The position numbers and the translations under genes were made by a program. Positions 58,734 through 64,000 of a stretch of 64,000 bases of DNA are shown here, piece by piece. The stretch comes from Chrysomallon squamiferum (Eukaryota > Animalia > Mollusca), in the NCBI GenBank assembly GCA_012295275.1, contig CM022665.1:46500001-46564000 (forward strand), read 5' to 3'. Each line of letters opens with the position of its first letter. Positions within the stretch are counted from its first letter, which is position 1. Below the pieces are notes generated by a model. It ran no database searches and was not told where the DNA came from. It saw nothing but the letters and a program-made list of their open reading frames with translations.

Positions 58734-59693
58734 GACTGTCCAAATAACTGTTCGCTAAACAAAGCTTTTGATTACGCCATTACAATGCACCCGAATACAG
58801 TTAGCACGTACTTTTATAAGTATGTATTCTTACGGGGGTTTTTTATGATTTTTTTTTTTTTTTTTTTTTGGCTATTCTGCCGAAAGAAACTAAGGGCTGA
58901 TCTAGAAGCTTTCAAGGGTATTGGAGTCTTAGTTTTATTGATTTTAATTAGTTGCTATTGAGAGTTGCAGATTATGATATTCAGGATTCACACACACACA
59001 CACACACATTTCCATCCATACCTTCTATACATACATACATCTATGTAGGCTACATGTAGTAGCAGTAGTGATAGACATAGTAGTAACATCATCATCAGCA
59101 GCAGCAGCGGCAGAAGTAGTAGTAAATACTTTTTACTCAGGTTTATATGGATATTTCAAAGATTCCCTACCCTAGATCCGTCACTGTAAAGTTCTTTACT
59201 GCAGAGTTCTACTTAATTAGCGTATCTAGGTGACACCATACCGAGTAGCGATCGAAATATCTTAAATTGTAATTACGTGCAGCGAGAAAATATATAAACA
59301 CCAGTCTAATAAAAGTCAGCATGGTTTCAGAATTGCACCTATTGTTCCGATAGACTGGAACTTTTTTCTGGTTTTTTTATCTTGTTTCACCCGCACTGAA
59401 TAATGTGTGACTCTGACGTCATTTAATGAAAAGTGTATATACGGCGTATCGATTTTAAAATAATTTTATGCAGTTTTAGTGGATTTTAATGTAAAATCTA
59501 AATGAGTGTTATAAGTGTTGTTAAAAAATCTTAATGATCTTAAAAGTCAAGTTTGGTTTTATAAAATACTAAACAAAATAACAGTAAACAATACACACAC
59601 AAACACCCCCCCACACACACACACGCACACACACACAGACAAATAAGAAAAGAAAATGATAATATTTATGTATGTATATATGGTGTAAAAATC

Positions 59694-59760
<67 letters not shown>

Positions 59761-59853
59761 ACAAATTGGAATTTTTCTTTATTTTTCTTACTTTCTTCTT
59801 TCTTTTTTCTTCTTTCTTTCTTTCTTTCTTTTTATATTTTATTTATTTTATTT

Positions 59854-59892
<39 letters not shown>

Positions 59893-60089
59893 CTACCTTA
59901 ATTATAAATTGATTTCTCGGTTAATAAAGAATTAATGACTTTACATACATTATTTGACTACATAACATTACAAGCACGTTCACGTTAAGCAGACGATCAC
60001 ATTAATTTAGTTGTTTAAATTACGTGAATATTTTTTTTTTTTTTTTTTTTTTTTAATAAACAGCTCACAACCCGCATTCGTAAATTATA

Positions 60090-60168
60090 CTTTTATAAAA
60101 ACCATGCGGAAGTCGAAGATGAATCATTTTAACAACGAAGGTTGTTTCGATATTAATCGATAAATAAT
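60090..60168 (+). promoter_or_regulatory. Candidate parkin promoter / first exon
   Basis: ETS-type GCGGAAGT at ~60106-60113 and a strong donor AT|GTAAGT at 60169. An ATG at 60104 with a weaker donor AAG|GTTGTT at 60141 is in phase 1 with the 60893 exon. Lies near where CpG density starts to fall. Confidence 0.4.
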
Positions 60169-60694
60169 GTAAGTGACATACTTGTTTAATTATTATATAT
60201 TTTTATTTCTTCTTTACCTCCTGTGCAGTCTATCGTTAAATAATAGGTGTAAATGTTTTAATCTATTTTCTGCTGACTTCGACTGATTCAGGCCACTTCA
60301 CTTGTAATGTACGTGATTATATACGACTTAATTCTTTCCTGTGGATTTTGTTGGGGTTTTTTGTTGTTGTTTTTTTCCCCGAGATATTTTTACGATTTAA
60401 TCACAATTTTTACGGTCAGTAATAATTCATTTTAATTAATTCCTTGCTATAAATGTTCAAATTATTTTAATGAAAAAAACTTTTTAAAAATTTATTATTG
60501 CTGTGTGTGTGTGTGTGTGTGTTTTATATGCATCTGAATTTTGCAACAGTGACCCCTATAATTATAAAATCGGAAAACACAGTCCTGAAAAAATAAACTT
60601 TAATAAGCATAATTGCCAGGTGTATGATGTTCATATACCAATGTTCTGTGTTTATATCAATCAATATAGTACACCATAATTGATGCATCAAAAG

Positions 60695-60730
<36 letters not shown>

Positions 60731-60892
60731 TTCTACTAATTTATAAAAAAAATATAGCCTATTAATTAGCAACATTTAGCTTATTCTCTGAATATCTTTC
60801 TTGTAAAACTATTTAACATAGTAACAATAATTATTTAAACATAATCGTGCTTTCATTACGAATTAAACAAGATATTCATTCTTCTCCAACAG

Positions 60893-61125
60893 GACTCGTT
60901 TATCAAGAACAAGCAGCAGATGATGTTACTGGAATCCCTGCACACACAGCCATGTTGCATGTGAATGTCAGTTATAGAAGCAACTGCGTGAGCAGCATCA
61001 GCGTCAACCCCAGTGTTACTGTTCTTGATCTGAAAAGACAGATTGCCAACCACATTCATCTACCTGTGCAGAAACTGGGTCTTATCCTTGGAGGACAACT
61101 GCTCAATGACAATGCTGTGTTACAG
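60893..61125 (+). CDS. PRKN: Parkin (RBR E3 ubiquitin ligase), coding exon for the N-terminal part of the Ubl domain
   Basis: Acceptor cttctccaacAG at 60891-60892, donor CAG|GTAACG at 61126. ATG in GCCATG context at 60952 gives MLHVNVSYRSNCVSSISVNPSVTVLDLKRQIANHIHLPVQKLGLILGGQLLNDNAVLQ, which aligns with human parkin 1-57 (…[32 protein letters not shown]). The phase-0 intron falls at the same position as in human. Confidence 0.93.
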
Positions 61126-61629
61126 GTAACGTCTTGAACTCTTTTTTAGAAATATTAAAAAAAATAAAAACAGGTTATGTTGTTCTTTTTGTTTAGAAAT
61201 AAAAAAAATACACGTAATATTGTTACTTTTCTTTAGAAATACAAAAGGACAGGTAATAGTGTTACTTTTCATTAGAAATACAAAAGTTATAGATAATAGT
61301 GTTGTTTTCTTTAGAATTACAAAAAAGTTTTACCTTTAGAATTACAAAGTTTAACAGGTAAAGTTGTTATTTTTCTTTAGAAATAAAAAAATTGCAGGTG
61401 AAATACTGGCCGATATTCTTAAATCTCAGAAATCTTTGGTGAACTGTTCCTATTTGTGAGTATCAGTTAGTACTTTTTATTGTTACTTACTGGACTTTTT
61501 CCTGTTCCAAACAATGGATCATGATGTATGTGCAGTACATGGGTAAACACTCTTAATAGGAGACTTGTTGCTAATGTGGAAATTAATTTTGGTTTCCTCT
61601 GAAGGCATTATATACAAGAATTATCATAA

Positions 61630-62504
61630 CTATAATATTTTTTTAATATATTGTATTATTTTAACAGGAGTTTGATACTGTATAATATTATGATTTATTT
61701 TTAACAGGACTGATATTGTATAATATTATGGTTTATTTTTGACAGGACTATGGTATTGTATAATATGATTTATTTTTGACAGGATTATGGTATTGTATAA
61801 TATTATGGTATATTTTTGACAGAACTGTGGTATTACATAATATTATGGTATATTTTTGATAGGACTATGGTATTATATAATATTATGGTGTATTTTTTAC
61901 AGGACTGATATTCAGTATTATGGTTTCACAACTGATATTGTATAATATTATAATTTATTTTTTACAGGACTGTGATATTGTATAATAATATGTTTATTTT
62001 TGACAATGCTATATTGCATAATATGGTTTCAGGACAATGGTATTGTATAATATTATGGTTTATTTTTAACAGGACTGATAATGTATAATATATAAAATTT
62101 ATTTTTGACAGGACTGCAATATTGTATAATATAGTTTCAGGACTTTGATATTGTATAATAATATGGTTTGTTGTTTTACAGGACTGTAATATTGTATGAT
62201 ATTAAGGTTTCAGGACTTTAATATTGTATAATATTATGGTTTATTGTTTTACAGGACTGATATTGTATAATATTATAGTTTATTGTTTTACAGGACTGAT
62301 ATTGATAATATTATAGTTTATTGTTTTACAGGACTGTGATATTGATAATATTATAGTTTATTGTTTTACAGGACTTTGATATTGATAATATTATAGTTTA
62401 TTGTTTTACAGGACTGTGATATTGATAATATTATAGTTTATTGTTTTACAGGACTTTGATATTGATAATATTATAGTTTATTGTTTTGCAGGACTGTGAT
62501 ATTG
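61630..62504 (+). repeat. ~40-bp minisatellite made of the parkin intron/exon acceptor junction
   Basis: Proximal unit attgataatattatagtttattgttttacaggactgtgat matches the last ~28 nt of the intron plus the start of the exon (GACTGTGATATTG); ~20 progressively degenerate copies upstream. Confidence 0.96.
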
Positions 62505-62573
62505 GACAGCAAAGTGTTCTTCATGCTTTTCACCAGAAACAGGAATCCGAGACTTCATCACTGTCTCTGACAG
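62492..62573 (+). CDS. PRKN: Parkin exon: end of Ubl (Ser65-equivalent) plus linker
   Basis: ttgttttgcAG|GACTGTGATATTGGACAGCAAAGT…; translates DCDIGQQSVLHAFHQKQESETSSLSLT (human NCDLDQQS65IVHIV). Donor ACAG|GTACTT at 62574, phase 1. Confidence 0.93.
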
Positions 62574-63173
62574 GTACTTGGAAACACAGCACAGTTAGTT
62601 CTTGTATCATAACACATTTCAGTTTGGATTTGAATTTTCTTCATTTTATTTATTTTATTTTAATTAATTAGGGTATTTTATTTTTAATTAATTAATTAAT
62701 TTTATTTTTGATTGATTCATTTATTTCATTTTTAATTAATTTATTTTATTTTATTATTAATTAATTAATTTATTATAATTTTAATTTATTTATTTTATTT
62801 TTAATTAATTAATTTATTATATTTTTAATTAATTAATTTGTTATATTTTTAATTAATTAATTTATTTATTTTTGATTTATTTATTTATTTATTTATTTAT
62901 GTATTTATTTATTTATTTTAATATTAATTTCAAGTGTTATACTAGAATTTTATGTTTAGTTTATAAAACTGAATGTTTATATGTAAATAAAGGGAAAACC
63001 CTGTAATTTGTATAGAAATAAGTAGTTGGTTTGAAATCTGTGTTTCATTTGCTAAAATATTTTTGATGTAAAATAATTTCTTGTTGAACAGGCTATAAAA
63101 TATTTATCTTTATTTTCTTTCTTTCTTTCTTTCTTTATGTATCTCTATTTTGCTTTTAATTTACAGTTAATGA

Positions 63174-63211
<38 letters not shown>

Positions 63212-63372
63212 AGTATATAGATAGATAATTAAATATAATGTAAAAAAAAAAAAAAAAAAAAAAAAAAATTATTACCTTATGTTGAAATAAAATTTATATT
63301 TCTTTTATTAATTTATAACACATTATCTTATGGTTTTATTCATGTACTCTCTAATAATTTATATTTTTTCAG

Positions 63373-63488
63373 AGTCATCCACAAGAAATCAGTATTTTGT
63401 GTATTGTAAGCTGTGTAAAGCATTGAGACCTGCTAAACTCAGAGTAAAATGTGCCTTGTGCAAAGATGGAGCCTTTGTAGTGGACAGA
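63373..63488 (+). CDS. PRKN: Parkin exon: start of RING0 zinc-binding domain
   Basis: Acceptor ttttttcAG at 63371-63372; phase 1 gives (E)SSTRNQYFVYCKLCKALRPAKLRVKCALCKDGAFVVDR with two CxxC pairs and the KLRV motif (human K161/R163). Donor AGA|GTGAGA at 63489. Confidence 0.95.
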
Positions 63489-63875
63489 GTGAGAATTTAG
63501 AAATATTTTTAAAAATTTAACAACCTTTTGATATATTCTGATGATTGGGTAATTTTTTCTTTCTTTTCTTTTTTTATCTTTGTTTTCCCTCTTTCTTTGT
63601 TTCATTCTTGTCAAGCTTATGATACATTTTGTAAACTTCCAAACAAAACAGTTTGGTTTGTTAAATGAGGCCAATCTTTGCAAACAATAAAGTACGACAA
63701 ATATGACAGTAACATATTTTTTTTTTTTTGAAAAATCAGATGGAATTGGTATTTATGATTATGCTAAAATATTTTTTTTTTTTTGTTAATTTAATTTAAT
63801 TTCATAGACCTTAAAGCTGTTATAAAAAAAATTAAAACTAAAAAGATAATTTAAAATGTTAAATAATTTAAATAG

Positions 63876-63959
63876 GGCCCCCAAAACTGGGATGATGTTC
63901 TGCAGTCAACAAGAATAAAAGGAACTTGTCAAAATATTTCTTGTCCTGGAGATACAGCG
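63876..63959 (+). CDS. PRKN: Parkin exon: RING0 continued; gene runs off the window
   Basis: aaatAG|GGCCCC…; 84 nt, phase 0/0, GPQNWDDVLQSTRIKGTCQNISCPGDTA versus human [28 protein letters not shown]. Donor GCG|GTTTGT at 63960. Confidence 0.95.
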
Positions 63960-64000
63960 GTTTGTCCATCAATTTTTATTTATTAGAAAAATAAATATTT

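Noticed and set aside
63375-63683. 102-aa minus-strand ORF (also 60856-61059 minus)
   Set aside because: Antisense shadows of real parkin exons.

Overview
AT-rich, microsatellite-dense eukaryotic (animal) genomic DNA; no prokaryotic features. The repeat landscape recalls molluscan, probably gastropod, genomes (from memory, not a search). Almost every ORF in the supplied track is a simple-repeat artefact. The one firmly identified gene is parkin (PRKN) on the + strand at the right end: four spliced coding exons (60893-61125, 62492-62573, 63373-63488, 63876-63959) give the Ubl domain with the PINK1-target serine, a very short linker and most of RING0. The gene continues past the window. Divergent from it, where vertebrates have PACRG, is a probable three-exon minus-strand gene for a small secreted, cationic peptide. 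It has a signal peptide and possibly a C-terminal Cys-x6-Cys loop, and it is absent from the ORF track. The most striking structure is a ~870-bp minisatellite built from tandem copies of the 3' splice site in front of parkin's second coding exon, giving about 20 decoy acceptors that all lead to premature stops. A similar array at 42.9-43.8 kb amplifies a GTAAGT donor motif, and several other minisatellites sit just inside candidate exon edges. The left ~47 kb holds CpG-rich promoter-like islands, candidate orphan exons, palindromes, SINE-like relics and many tandem repeats.
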